64,000 nucleotides of DNA from Desulfosudaceae bacterium (GTDB lineage: Bacteria; Desulfobacterota; Desulfobacteria; Desulfobacterales; Desulfosudaceae). The position numbers and the translations under genes are program-made. This document shows, piece after piece, positions 39,315 through 49,225 of this stretch. The notes beneath the pieces are model-generated. The model was not told the origin of the DNA. It was given only the letters and a program-made list of their open reading frames with translations, and did no database searches. How positions within the stretch are numbered: the first letter of the stretch is position 1; every line of letters starts with the position of its first letter. The stretch covers positions 768,001 to 832,000 of the forward strand of contig CAXXDV010000001.1 of the NCBI GenBank assembly GCA_963674745.2, read 5' to 3'.

Positions 39315-39457
39315 GGGTATTTCAAGAAAATTCGAATTTTGATTCGAGGTCAAGGCGTGCGAAAATTTTAACCGCAGGAATACATAGACGTATTTTGAGG
39401 ATTAAAATTTGAGCACAACGCCGACATCGGGCCAAAAGGCAATTTTTAGAGGTGCCC
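39315..39457. mobile_element. MITE-like 143-bp imperfect long palindrome
   Basis: Ends GGGTATTTCAAGAAAATT and AATTTTTAGAGGTGCCC are imperfect inverted repeats; inner symmetry AATTTTAA...AATAC/GTATT...TTAAAATT. Confidence 0.55.
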
Positions 39458-39472
39458 GCAAGAGAGGATGCT

Positions 39473-40126
39473 ATGCAACCGGAAACAACACTGGTGCTGG
39501 CCACCCGCAACCGGGGAAAGACAGAAGAGCTTGGGGCTTTGCTAAGCCCCACGGGTATAACTGTAAAAAACCTTGATGATTTCGGTCCCATGCCGGAAGT
39601 CGAGGAAGACGGCGCCACCTTTGATGAGAATGCCTTTAAAAAATCAAGCTTTTACGCCCGCATTCTTGGTTTTCCAACCATGGCCGATGATTCCGGACTG
39701 GTGGTTGAAGCACTGGACGGTGCGCCCGGCGTTTTATCCGCCCGGTACGCCGGCGAAAACGCCACCGACCGGGACCGGTGTGAAAAGCTGCTGACCGAAT
39801 TAAAAGGAAAGACCAACCGCGCGGCGGCGTTTGAATGCGTTATTTCCATCTCGGTACCCACCGGCGCCGCCCTGACCTATGAAGGGCGTTGCGAAGGGGT
39901 TATCGCCGAAGCACCGGCGGGGGATAATGGTTTCGGCTATGACCCGGTATTTTATTACCCGTCTCTGGGAAAAACCTTTGCCGAACTGGACGCAACCGAA
40001 AAAAACCGGATCAGCCACCGGGGCCGGGCCCTGGCCGAAGTGGTCGCGGAAATTGACAAGGTCAAGGCCTGGATCCAACAAAACATGCCGATTTTTGAGA
40101 AAGTGGTCTGTAAGCATGATGATTGA
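39473..40126 (+). CDS. rdgB: XTP/dITP diphosphatase (Ham1 family)
   Basis: LATRNRGK, ADDSGL, PGVLSARY, GFGYDP, KNRISHR; ATG 39473 follows GAGG. Confidence 0.96.
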   Translation: MQPETTLVLATRNRGKTEELGALLSPTGITVKNLDDFGPMPEVEEDGATFDENAFKKSSFYARILGFPTMADDSGLVVEALDGAPGVLSARYAGENATDRDRCEKLLTELKGKTNRAAAFECVISISVPTGAALTYEGRCEGVIAEAPAGDNGFGYDPVFYYPSLGKTFAELDATEKNRISHRGRALAEVVAEIDKVKAWIQQNMPIFEKVVCKHDD

Positions 40127-40697
40127 AGACCTGATCCGAAAAAACAGGAGTTGCCGGCGGTTTTTTGAACACCACGCCGTCGAAAAAGACACCTTAAGAT
40201 CGCTGGTGAATCTCGCCCGCCTGTCGGCTTCGGCCGCCAACCGGCAGCCCCTGCGGTTTATCCTTTCCTGGCAGAAAGAACGCAACGAGACGATTTTCCC
40301 CTGCCTGACCTGGGCGGCCTATTTGACGGACTGGCCCGGGCCGCCGGAAGGGGAGCGTCCGGCAGCGTATATCGTCATCACCGGCGACACGACCATCACC
40401 GATAATTTCTGGTGTGATCACGGTATTGTAAGCCAGAGTATGCTGCTCGGCGCCAGGGAAATGGGTCTGGCCGGATGCATGATCGGTGCGTTTAATGAAA
40501 AAAAGCTTAGATCGGCTTTGTCCATTCCGGATCATTTGAAAATCATGCTGGTCATCGCCCTGGGGAAACCCAGGGAAACCATTGTTATTGATGAGATCGG
40601 GCCGGACAATAATATCCGCTACTGGCGGGACAAGTCCGGGGTACACCATGTTCCCAAACGGCATCTGGATGATTTAATTGTCGACTTTTCCGATTGA
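40116..40697 (+). CDS. Nitroreductase family protein
   Basis: KNRSCRRF, ARLSASAANRQP, DHGI...GLAGCMIG, HHVPKR. Confidence 0.9.
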   Translation: MMIEDLIRKNRSCRRFFEHHAVEKDTLRSLVNLARLSASAANRQPLRFILSWQKERNETIFPCLTWAAYLTDWPGPPEGERPAAYIVITGDTTITDNFWCDHGIVSQSMLLGAREMGLAGCMIGAFNEKKLRSALSIPDHLKIMLVIALGKPRETIVIDEIGPDNNIRYWRDKSGVHHVPKRHLDDLIVDFSD

Positions 40698-40790
40698 TAT
40701 GGACGTGGATGGAAAAAATATGTATATTAACCAGATGCTTGGTTATATCTAAACACAAAAATATCCTATCGCATTTTAAGGAGGTTGGGG

Positions 40791-42737
40791 ATGACACAGA
40801 TTGATATCGCGCAGATCATTGGCGGCATTACCACGCTGGCCGACGCGCAGCAGATTTTCGAAAAGAACATGGACGCGGCCGGCCTGGCCAAAATAGCAAA
40901 GATAAAGACTGAAGCCGCGCTGATTAAAATCGCCAATGCCATTGTCATGGGCGAGCCGGACGCGGTGTTTGTTAACGACGGTTCGGCTGAAGACAAGCAG
41001 TGGGTCCGGAACCACGCCCTGGAAAAAGGCGAAGAAGCCTCCCTGCCCATGAAAGACCATACCATTCATTATGATTTAAAGGACGAACAGGGCCGTATTA
41101 TCGACCGCACCTTTTATATCATCAACAAGGGAGACCATATCAGTTCCCTGGCCCAGAAAAAAGTCCGGGAAGAAGCCCTGGAAGAAATCCGTACCCACAT
41201 GACCGGTATCATGCGAGGCAAAACACTGATCGTGGGTTTTTATTCCCGGGGGCCGGCCGGTGCGCCGGTGTCCAACCCGGCCATCGAGGTCACGACATCC
41301 GCTTACGTATCCCACAGCGCTGAAATCCTTTACCGCAATATTTTTGATCAATTTGACGCCGAGGTCCAGGACAAGGGCCATTTTTTCGCCAACATTCACA
41401 GCGAGGGCAAAAACCGGTTGGAAGACCTGCCCAACGCCCGGGTATTCATGGACAGAAACGACCGGACCACTTACAGCTTCAACTGCACCTATGCCGGCAA
41501 CACCCTGCTGCTGAAAAAGGGCAACCACCGTTTTGCCGTGGACAAGGCGGTTTACGAAGGCCGGGGAAAAGAAGCGGCCGAGCACATGTTCATTACCGGC
41601 ATCAAGGGCCCCGGCGACCGGGTGACCTGGTGCGCCGGTGCCGCGCCCAGCGGCTGCGGCAAAACCACCACGGCCATGGCCGGCAACTATTTCGTGGGCG
41701 ACGACCTGGCCCAGATGTGGATTGAAAAAGACGGCTCGGTTCGTTCCGTCAACCCGGAATGCGGTATCTTCGGTATTGTCGAAGACGTCAACATGGAAGG
41801 TGACCCCATGCTGATGGAAAAATTGCGCAACGAAGGCGCGGAAGTCATCTGGACCAACGTGCTGATCGACGAAAACGGTATTCCCCACTGGGTCGGCCAC
41901 GGAGAAGCCATGCCGGATAAAGGCAAAAACTTTCAGGGAGAATGGAAAGCCGGCATGACCGATGCCAACGGCAAGCCCGTTCCACCCTCTCACCCCAATG
42001 CCCGCTGCACCATCTCTTCAACGGCCCTGGCCAATTATTCACCCGAGGCGGAAAACCCGGCCGGTGTGGATACCCGGGTAATCACTTACAGCGGTCGCGA
42101 TTCAGACACGATGCCGCCTGTGTGGGTGGCCAAAAACGCCGACTTTGGCGTGGCCATCGGGGCCTGCATTGTTTCCGCGGCCACGGCCACGGAAGTCGGT
42201 GCTTCCGGTGTCAAACGGGCGCCCTGGGCCAATGCCCCGTTTATACCGGGCGCACTGGGTGATTACATGGCCGCCCAGTTCGACTTCTTCGGCAGCAAAG
42301 ACATTGCCGACGACAAACGGCCCATCCTGGCCGGGTTGAACTACTTTCTGACCGACGCCGCCCGGGGCGGCAGTTCTACCAAACTGCTGGGTGAAAAAAA
42401 GGACGTCAAGGTGTGGCTGTCCTGGCTGGAACGCATGGCCCACGGCGATGTCGAGTCCATTGAGACACCCATCGGCCGCCTGCCCAAATACGATGATTTA
42501 AAAGAGTTGTTCTCATCGTTGATCAACAAAGAATACGCTTACGAACTCTACGAAAAACAGTTTTCCCTGTATATCGACAACATCATCGCCCGGCTGGACC
42601 TGCAGGACGCGGCCTATCGCAAGGACGAAAACATTCCCGAAAAGTTTTTCGGCATCCTGGCCGAGCAGAAAAAAGGACTGGAAGAGCTCAAAGCCGAATT
42701 CGGCGCCATTGTGACGCCAAAGCAGCTTGAAGGCTGA
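40791..42737 (+). CDS. pckG: Phosphoenolpyruvate carboxykinase (GTP)
   Basis: YAGNTLLLKK, AEHMF, AAPSGCGKT, VGDDLA, NPECG.FG, HPNAR; AAGGAGG SD. Confidence 0.93.
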   Translation: MTQIDIAQIIGGITTLADAQQIFEKNMDAAGLAKIAKIKTEAALIKIANAIVMGEPDAVFVNDGSAEDKQWVRNHALEKGEEASLPMKDHTIHYDLKDEQGRIIDRTFYIINKGDHISSLAQKKVREEALEEIRTHMTGIMRGKTLIVGFYSRGPAGAPVSNPAIEVTTSAYVSHSAEILYRNIFDQFDAEVQDKGHFFANIHSEGKNRLEDLPNARVFMDRNDRTTYSFNCTYAGNTLLLKKGNHRFAVDKAVYEGRGKEAAEHMFITGIKGPGDRVTWCAGAAPSGCGKTTTAMAGNYFVGDDLAQMWIEKDGSVRSVNPECGIFGIVEDVNMEGDPMLMEKLRNEGAEVIWTNVLIDENGIPHWVGHGEAMPDKGKNFQGEWKAGMTDANGKPVPPSHPNARCTISSTALANYSPEAENPAGVDTRVITYSGRDSDTMPPVWVAKNADFGVAIGACIVSAATATEVGASGVKRAPWANAPFIPGALGDYMAAQFDFFGSKDIADDKRPILAGLNYFLTDAARGGSSTKLLGEKKDVKVWLSWLERMAHGDVESIETPIGRLPKYDDLKELFSSLINKEYAYELYEKQFSLYIDNIIARLDLQDAAYRKDENIPEKFFGILAEQKKGLEELKAEFGAIVTPKQLEG

Positions 42738-42756
42738 TCAGCCTTGACATAAAAAT

Positions 42757-42797
42757 AAAAAGGCCATCCGTGGAAGCCACCGGATGGCCTTTTTTTA
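42757..42797 (+). terminator. Intrinsic terminator
   Basis: AAAAAGGCCATCCGTGG-AAG-CCACCGGATGGCC followed by a T-run. Confidence 0.88.
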
Positions 42798-42825
42798 TTT
42801 ATACTGTTCTTTGATGCATTATCTC

Positions 42826-42874
42826 TTCTTTTCTTTGACGCAAAGAAAAGAAGCAAAAGAAACATTGCCCGGCA
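42826..42874. repeat. Left 49-bp inverted repeat
   Basis: Reverse complement matches 44747-44795 at 46/49 positions. Confidence 0.85.
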
Positions 42875-42953
42875 TCGCCCCGGAGATTTCCCGAGTTGAT
42901 TTGAACCTTGGCCCCGGACGCATGCCGATTCCTGCAAAACGCAGGAGCGAATC

Positions 42954-43014
42954 TGTAGGGGCGGCCCCCTGTGGCCGCCCAGTGAAAGGGCACCCACAGG
43001 GGGGGGCCCCTACA
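42954..43014. repeat. REP doublet (REPIN-like)
   Basis: TGTAGGGGCGGCCCCCTGTGGCCGCCC...GGGCACCCACAGGGGGGGGCCCCTACA. Confidence 0.85.
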
Positions 43015-43060
43015 ACATTTGCGAACAGACTGAAACAAAGAACCACCGGCTATATGACGA

Positions 43061-43112
43061 TTCCCTTTCAGGGAAAAAGAACCAAACTACCGGGCAATAT
43101 TTTTGGTTCTTT
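43061..43112. repeat. Truncated direct copy of the 44720-44774 repeat
   Basis: TTCCCTTTCAGGGAAAAAGAACCAAACTACCGGGCAATATTTTTGGTTCTTT. Confidence 0.8.
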
Positions 43113-43272
43113 ATCCGTTACCCCCGAACCTATTCTTAATGCTAGTCAATAAATAACAAAATAATTCCCACGGATAATTATAAATATCTTGATTTATGTA
43201 TTATAAAGATGATATATAAATAAAAAAGCTAGTCATAATTTTAATTATGGTGCTTGTCAGGGGGCTATTTAT

Positions 43273-44589
43273 ATGCCGATATCTATCAAGGAATATTTAG
43301 CACAGGGGCCTGCGACCTCAAAAGAGATTCAAGCCGCGACAGGCTTGAGCCAAAGTTCGGTTGCACGCCAACTTAGAAACATGGGCGAAAGTATTATCAA
43401 ACTGCAAAAAGGAAGAATCCCCAGATATGCTGCGACATGCAATGCCTTTGGCGGTAATGACAAATTGCCATTAAGCATGGTCGATGCCCACGGAAATACT
43501 GTTTTAGCGGCATTTATACGCCCATTGATGCATGGCGGTTTCTTTGTGGAGCCAGCCACTGGCATGCCCCCATTGCTATTAGGAGAGAATAACGACGGCC
43601 TTTTTGATGATTTGCCTTACTTTCTCCTGGACTTGAGGCCACAGGGATTTCTGGGGCGGCAGATTGCAGAAGAGATGGCATCTCAATCAGGTGATTTTCC
43701 CAGCGATCCAAGGCATTGGAACACAAATCATATTGGGCGTTATTTGGTGTCCAACGGGGACGATCTTCCCGGCAACTTCAAATTCGGAGAACAGGCATTA
43801 TTGCGCATCAGACGAAAGCCCGCAATTGCATTAGACGACCAATATCCAGCACTGGCCGACGAAGTCATGAGTGGTATTATCCCAGGGTCATCGGCCGGTG
43901 GAGAACAGCCAAAATTTACTGCTTTTAGCGGCCACCATTCGGCACATGTAATCGTTAAATTCTCTCCCGAGGGAGATAACGAAATTGCCAGACGGTGGAG
44001 AGATATCCTTATCACTGAATATCACGCTACGGAAGCGATCCACTCCCTGAATTATCCGGCAGCGGAAACCAGGCTTTTGGAAATGGGCGGAAGGCTTTTT
44101 TTGGAATCTGAACGATTTGACAGATCCGGGGAATATGGTCGAATGCCAATGATTTCACTTCAAGCCATTGACGCTGAGTTTACAGGAGTAGGAAGTGGCT
44201 GGCCGGAAGTTATGGATGCATTGCTGAAAAAAGAACTGGTAAGCTGGCAGCATGTTTTTGATGCGGAGTTTTTATGGTGTTTTGGATGTCTGATCAATAA
44301 TACGGACATGCATTTAGGCAATTTAAGCTTTGCAATAGAGGGAAATGTTTTCAGGCTATTACCATTATACGATATGTGTTCCATGGGATTTGCGCCAAAA
44401 AGCGGTGGAGAGGTGCGTCCGTACAGCTTTGTTCCACGTGAGCCAAAAAGAGTAAACCTTAATGACAAGATTATTGATGCTGTGAAAATAATGGCACATG
44501 ATTTTTGGGAAAGAGTTGCAAGTGATGAAAGAATATCGGATGAACTCAAAGACTTTTTAAGACACGGAAACCCTGTTGACTTAATGTGA
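43273..44589 (+). CDS. yjjJ: YjjJ (HipH)-like HipA-family kinase toxin with N-terminal HTH
   Basis: GLSQSSVAR HTH, LPYFLLDLRPQGFLGR, PGSSAGGEQPKFT, HVIVKF, INNTDMHLGN, PLYDM. Confidence 0.9.
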   Translation: MPISIKEYLAQGPATSKEIQAATGLSQSSVARQLRNMGESIIKLQKGRIPRYAATCNAFGGNDKLPLSMVDAHGNTVLAAFIRPLMHGGFFVEPATGMPPLLLGENNDGLFDDLPYFLLDLRPQGFLGRQIAEEMASQSGDFPSDPRHWNTNHIGRYLVSNGDDLPGNFKFGEQALLRIRRKPAIALDDQYPALADEVMSGIIPGSSAGGEQPKFTAFSGHHSAHVIVKFSPEGDNEIARRWRDILITEYHATEAIHSLNYPAAETRLLEMGGRLFLESERFDRSGEYGRMPMISLQAIDAEFTGVGSGWPEVMDALLKKELVSWQHVFDAEFLWCFGCLINNTDMHLGNLSFAIEGNVFRLLPLYDMCSMGFAPKSGGEVRPYSFVPREPKRVNLNDKIIDAVKIMAHDFWERVASDERISDELKDFLRHGNPVDLM

Positions 44590-44690
44590 CCAGTTATAAG
44601 TAGGGGCTGCGCCCGCCCGCTGCAGCGAAGCCGAACGCGGGCGTTTTTTTCGAAAAAACCGGGCAGGGATAAAAAAAATGTGGCGGTATT

Positions 44691-44795
44691 ATCCCGAAGG
44701 GATAGGGTCGTATAACCGTTTCCCTTCCAGGGAAAAAGAACCAGGCTGCCGGGCAATGTTTCTTTTGGTTCTTTTCTTTGCGCCAAAGAGAAGAA
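44691..44795. repeat. Partial REP plus right-hand repeat
   Basis: ATCCCGAAGGGAT unit as at 1416, fused to a segment that is a direct repeat of 43061-43112 and an inverted repeat of 42826-42874. Confidence 0.8.
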
Positions 44796-44889
44796 CGTTA
44801 TACCCTCAAAAAAAGAACGTATAAAAAAAGAATAATTCCTTTATAAAAACTGAACATTAAGAACGGACGGAAAGAAAACGACAATAAAC

Positions 44890-46209
44890 ATGAACAATAC
44901 CCCGCCACCACACACGCACACAATAAAATCATGGTTCCTCGAAACCGGTAAAATCATGTTCACCTGGCGCATGGCCGCCATGTTCTTTCTCGGTTTTTCA
45001 TCGGGATTTCCTTTTTATGTGGTCAAAGACGTGCTCAAGGCATGGATGACCGATGCCAATGTGGACCTGACCACCATCGGCCTGTTTTCTTCAGTGAGTA
45101 TTCCCTACACCCTGAAGTTCGTCTGGTCACCGCTCATGGACCGGTTTGTCCCCCCGTTTTTCGGCCGGCGTCGGGGCTGGATCCTGATCGCCCAGATCGG
45201 GTTGATCCTCACCATTGCCGGGTTGGGGCAGTTTGATCCGCAAAAGTCCCTGTGGTGGATCGCGGTGGCAGCCCTGGGGGTTTCCTTTTTTGGCGCCAGC
45301 CAGGATATTGCCCTGGACGCATTCCGAAGGGAATATTTAACTGATAAAGAGTTGGGATTCGGCACCGGGGTGTGGATGAACGCCTGGCGTCTGGGCATGT
45401 ATGTATCCGTCGGCCTGGCTTTTCTTACGGCCGATGCCCATGTGAACTGGTCCACCATTCACCTGATGTTAGCGGCCATGATGGGCATCGGTATTATCAC
45501 CACCCTGCTGGTTCCGGAGCCGGAGATGCCGCCGGGCGCACCCAAGTCCATTCAGGCAGCCATTATTGAACCGTTCAGCGAATTCTTCCGACGGGACGGA
45601 GCGCTGGTAATTCTGCTGTTCGTCCTGCTTTACAAACTTGGCGACAACATGGCCGGTGCCATGAATATTCCCTTTATCCTCAAAATGGGCTTTTCCAAAA
45701 CCGAGTATTTTGTTATTGTTAAAGGCATCGGCATGCTGGGCCTGTTCGGCGGTGTGCTGGTGGGCGGTGCCATTATGATCCGGCTGGGGATTGCCCGCTC
45801 GTTATGGGTATTCGGCGTGCTTCAGGCGGTTTCCACGGCCTGTTTTGCCTTTCTGGTGATTATCGACCATGAATCTTCATTTTGGGAAGCGTATCGCAAC
45901 GCTATGCTGGCCGCCATTGTCTGCTTTGAATTTTTTGCCACCGGCCTGGGCCAGGCCGCCTATGCCACTTATATGGCCGTTAAAACCAACCGGCAGTTCA
46001 CCGCCACTCAGTACGCCCTGCTGACCAGTCTCATGGCCGTACCCGGTGCCCTGGCCGCGATGGTAACCGGATATATGGCAAAATACATGGGCTGGAGCGG
46101 CTTTTACGTATCCTGCGCCCTGCTGGCCATTCCCGGCATGTTGTTGTTGCTGCGTCTGGCACCCTGGAACGCCACCAATCAGGAGCTGGATGAAGGAGGA
46201 GATAAATGA
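44890..46209 (+). CDS. ampG: AmpG-family muropeptide MFS permease
   Basis: LGFSSGFP, KFVWSPLMD, GRRRGW, ASQDIALDA, YKLGD, FTATQYALL. Confidence 0.92.
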   Translation: MNNTPPPHTHTIKSWFLETGKIMFTWRMAAMFFLGFSSGFPFYVVKDVLKAWMTDANVDLTTIGLFSSVSIPYTLKFVWSPLMDRFVPPFFGRRRGWILIAQIGLILTIAGLGQFDPQKSLWWIAVAALGVSFFGASQDIALDAFRREYLTDKELGFGTGVWMNAWRLGMYVSVGLAFLTADAHVNWSTIHLMLAAMMGIGIITTLLVPEPEMPPGAPKSIQAAIIEPFSEFFRRDGALVILLFVLLYKLGDNMAGAMNIPFILKMGFSKTEYFVIVKGIGMLGLFGGVLVGGAIMIRLGIARSLWVFGVLQAVSTACFAFLVIIDHESSFWEAYRNAMLAAIVCFEFFATGLGQAAYATYMAVKTNRQFTATQYALLTSLMAVPGALAAMVTGYMAKYMGWSGFYVSCALLAIPGMLLLLRLAPWNATNQELDEGGDK

Positions 46210-47906
46210 CTGATATCCAAAAAAAGATTGCGTCTTTAGCCGAAGAACGGCGGCGCATCCTGTCCATGTCGCCCAAAAAAACCATGGACGCCATTATTGA
46301 ATCACCGGACGGCCTGGCCATTGTCCATTCCATGGCAGACCAGGACTTTCATTTGCTGGTCAATGAGATAGGCCCGGAAGACGCGCTGGAACTGCTGTCT
46401 CTGGCCTCAAACCGTCAATGGGAACATATCCTGGATATTGAAGGTTGGGACAGGGAAGCCATCGTCGGCAAACCGGTCCTCAAATGGTTCGCGCTGCTCA
46501 TGCAGGCTGATGAAGAACGGTTTTTTTCCTGGATAACAACCGAAAAAATCAATTTTCTGGAACTGTTCCTGAATTACCATATACAAAGCGGCATCCGCGT
46601 CCATGATCAGGAGCCTTCCGAGATCGGCGATGATTTCTTCACTTTTGACGACGTCCATTATGTTCGCTTTGTTAAAAAAGATATTCCCGGATCGGTAACG
46701 GAAGATAATGATGTGGCTTTTCGCGACGATATGCTTTTCAAATTACTGCGTCGACTGGCGAAACGAGAGCCCAGGACGTTTCAGAGCCTTTTATTTTATA
46801 GCGACAGTGTTCTGCCGGCCGAGGCAGAAGAAGAAGCCTATCGCCTTAGAAATGTACGGCTGGCGGAAAAAGGGCTGTTACCGTTTGAGGAAGCCATCGG
46901 CATTTATCAACCGGCTCAAAAAAACCGACCGCTGCCGGAAAAACCAACCGCCACCACGATTGTTGACACCAGCGTACCCGTTCCCCTGGCACCCACCGGC
47001 CTGCTTGCCAGAGAAACGGTATTTTCCCGGGCACTGACCCTCATCGATTCAGTCGAGACGCTGGTAGAACTTCAGGCGGAATTTGCCGCCCTGTGCAACC
47101 GCCTGGCGGTAGCCGACCGCCTGGTAATCAAGGAGAAGCAGGACCTGACCAACATTGTCAAAAAAGCTTGCGGTTATCTTCATATCGGATTTTCAGAATT
47201 AACCGGGCAGCGATTACCGGACCCGGCCAAAACAGCGTCGCTTATGAAGACGCATTATCTGGCGGACATTTTCAGAACCGGCTACAGCCGTGTGGTAACC
47301 CTTAAAACACGGGCGGATAAATGGTATCGGGACAGCTGGTGCCGCAAAAAAGATCTGCCGGTCAGCTTCTGGGGGGAATCCCGCCAGGGGATCCTGGCCG
47401 GTTTGCTGGTCAAACGGCCGCTTTTTTTTGATATCGGTCAGGGCGGGCTGATTCGTGAGTTTGAGACCCTTGATGACATTGAGATTGCCGAAACCACACT
47501 GGACCGGATTATGGCCCTGGACACGCTGTTGTCGGTGACCGATATTGATCCCGGGCCGGTTTCCCAGGAGGTATTGACGTTCAATAACATGGTGCTGACC
47601 CTGTGGGCTCGCCACCAGCTGGGGTTACCGGAAATTGTCGATTTTATTTCCATAAAAACGTTCCGGCCATTTTTTGAAGAACTCATGGGTGACATCACCG
47701 GTCAACCGGACGCGGCCATCGGCGATGACATGAAGGCATCCTTCCTGCGCTGGCTGGCCGGCCGGACCGGTCATGATCCGGTAAATATTGTTCAATCAGC
47801 CGGGGGCATATTTGAAGGTCTCTTTACCGATATCGTGGAGGAATACGGCCCTGTTTCATCGGCGGATCTCGACCCCAGGCATATTCATTTGTTTCTGGTG
47901 AGCTAA
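46206..47906 (+). CDS. Conserved hypothetical protein (DUF6178-like)
   Basis: 566 aa; EIGPEDA, D.EGW and EEEAYRLR..RLAEKG motifs recalled from DUF6178; start and stop overlap the neighbouring genes. Confidence 0.7.
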   Translation: MTDIQKKIASLAEERRRILSMSPKKTMDAIIESPDGLAIVHSMADQDFHLLVNEIGPEDALELLSLASNRQWEHILDIEGWDREAIVGKPVLKWFALLMQADEERFFSWITTEKINFLELFLNYHIQSGIRVHDQEPSEIGDDFFTFDDVHYVRFVKKDIPGSVTEDNDVAFRDDMLFKLLRRLAKREPRTFQSLLFYSDSVLPAEAEEEAYRLRNVRLAEKGLLPFEEAIGIYQPAQKNRPLPEKPTATTIVDTSVPVPLAPTGLLARETVFSRALTLIDSVETLVELQAEFAALCNRLAVADRLVIKEKQDLTNIVKKACGYLHIGFSELTGQRLPDPAKTASLMKTHYLADIFRTGYSRVVTLKTRADKWYRDSWCRKKDLPVSFWGESRQGILAGLLVKRPLFFDIGQGGLIREFETLDDIEIAETTLDRIMALDTLLSVTDIDPGPVSQEVLTFNNMVLTLWARHQLGLPEIVDFISIKTFRPFFEELMGDITGQPDAAIGDDMKASFLRWLAGRTGHDPVNIVQSAGGIFEGLFTDIVEEYGPVSSADLDPRHIHLFLVS

Positions 47907-48850
47907 TGCCTGATCTGCTTGACATCAAAACCGGCCTCATTCAAACCTTGCGTTCGGCGCCTGAGAAGACCGGGTGGTCGACAACCGAACTTGCCGCCGT
48001 CCTTTCCTGCGACAAAAACAAGTTGCTTTGTGCCATCATCGAACTCAAAAAGCATGGTTACCGGATCGAAGCATCAAACGAACTGTGGCGTCTTGAGCTC
48101 GCACCTGACATCCCCTACCCTTTTGAATTTCCGGGGCGTCAGGACCGGATACACTATTTTCCGCAAATCACCTCCACCATGGATGAAGCCCGGAAGGCTG
48201 CCGGCAGCGGCTGCCCGAACCTGACCGTCATCATTGCCGGTGCCCAGACCAAAGGCCGGGGACGAATGGACAGGGTCTGGGCTTCTGACGAGGGGGGGCT
48301 TTATTTTACCCTTATTATCAAACCCCGGGCGCACCCGGCAGAAGCGATCAAATTCAACTTTCTGGCCTCCCTGACCCTGGTGGAAGTATTGCGCGATGAA
48401 TGCCGGGTTGACGCCAGGGTCAAATGGCCAAACGACATCATGGTGGATAACAGCAAGCTGTCGGGCATGCTGTCGGAAATGGACGCCACCGGCGACACCA
48501 TCCACTTTGTCAACATCGGCATCGGTGTTAATGTCAACAACGATCCCGCCCTTATCGAACCCCGGGCCGCGTCACTGCGGTCACTGACAGGCCGCACCTT
48601 TTCCCGGCCCGCAATTCTGGCCCAATTTTTAGATCATTTTGAATCCGGCCTCAAAGAGGCCGCGTTCCCCCTTATCCTCACCCGCTGGAAGCAATTTGCC
48701 GGCTGCCTGAACCGAGAGGTAACCATCGTCACCCTCAAGGAAACGCTCAACGGTTTTGCCGAAGACGTGGACGATCGGGGGTCCCTGGTGCTGCGGCTGG
48801 CCGACGGCACACGCCGGACCGTCTGTTACGGCGACTGTTTTTACGGTTAA
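47906..48850 (+). CDS. birA: Biotin-protein ligase with N-terminal HTH
   Basis: STM, QTKGRGRMDR.W, KWPND, KLSGML, GIGVN. Confidence 0.95.
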   Translation: MPDLLDIKTGLIQTLRSAPEKTGWSTTELAAVLSCDKNKLLCAIIELKKHGYRIEASNELWRLELAPDIPYPFEFPGRQDRIHYFPQITSTMDEARKAAGSGCPNLTVIIAGAQTKGRGRMDRVWASDEGGLYFTLIIKPRAHPAEAIKFNFLASLTLVEVLRDECRVDARVKWPNDIMVDNSKLSGMLSEMDATGDTIHFVNIGIGVNVNNDPALIEPRAASLRSLTGRTFSRPAILAQFLDHFESGLKEAAFPLILTRWKQFAGCLNREVTIVTLKETLNGFAEDVDDRGSLVLRLADGTRRTVCYGDCFYG

Positions 48851-48986
48851 TACCTTACTGATATTTATTCCCGCCCAAACAGCTCTAACCCGATATTTCA
48901 TGATTTCAGGTCCCCTGTTGCCGGTTATTACAGTTAAAAAACCGGTTTTCTGAGTGCCATTTGGTCCTGAACCTGTCGGCCAAAAA

Positions 48987-49060
48987 TTTATACAGTCGTT
49001 GAAAATTTCTCTTGACAACATGGCCGCCAGCCGATAAATAAAATTCATCCAGTCGTTGAA
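48987..49060 (+). promoter_or_regulatory. Sigma70 promoter flanked by two 17-bp operator-like repeats
   Basis: TTTATACAGTCGTTGAA (48987-49003), TTGACA (49012-49017), TTCATCCAGTCGTTGAA (49044-49060). Confidence 0.62.
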
Positions 49061-49225
49061 ATATGATGGGGTCTCAGAAAAAATAATAATTACTGGTTGT
49101 CATTTCTGATAAAGAAACACCTGGCCGGCTGAATGGATCTTCCAGGCTGCGGGAAAAAAAGCCATCATCCTTGGAAAAGGGCCCATAATGGTTTATTCTT
49201 CTAAAAACCAACCTTAACGGACAAT

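Noticed and set aside
39879..40115. Long N-terminal extension of the nitroreductase (similarly for mutM, arnC and HK1)
   Set aside because: Upstream alternative starts overlap neighbouring genes or leaders; family N-termini begin at the downstream ATGs used here
41076..41993. 305-aa minus-strand ORF
   Set aside because: Antisense to the PEPCK gene
42614..43152. Several 75-127 aa ORFs as a possible yjjJ antitoxin
   Set aside because: They translate terminator, inverted-repeat and REP DNA; no HTH or antitoxin features
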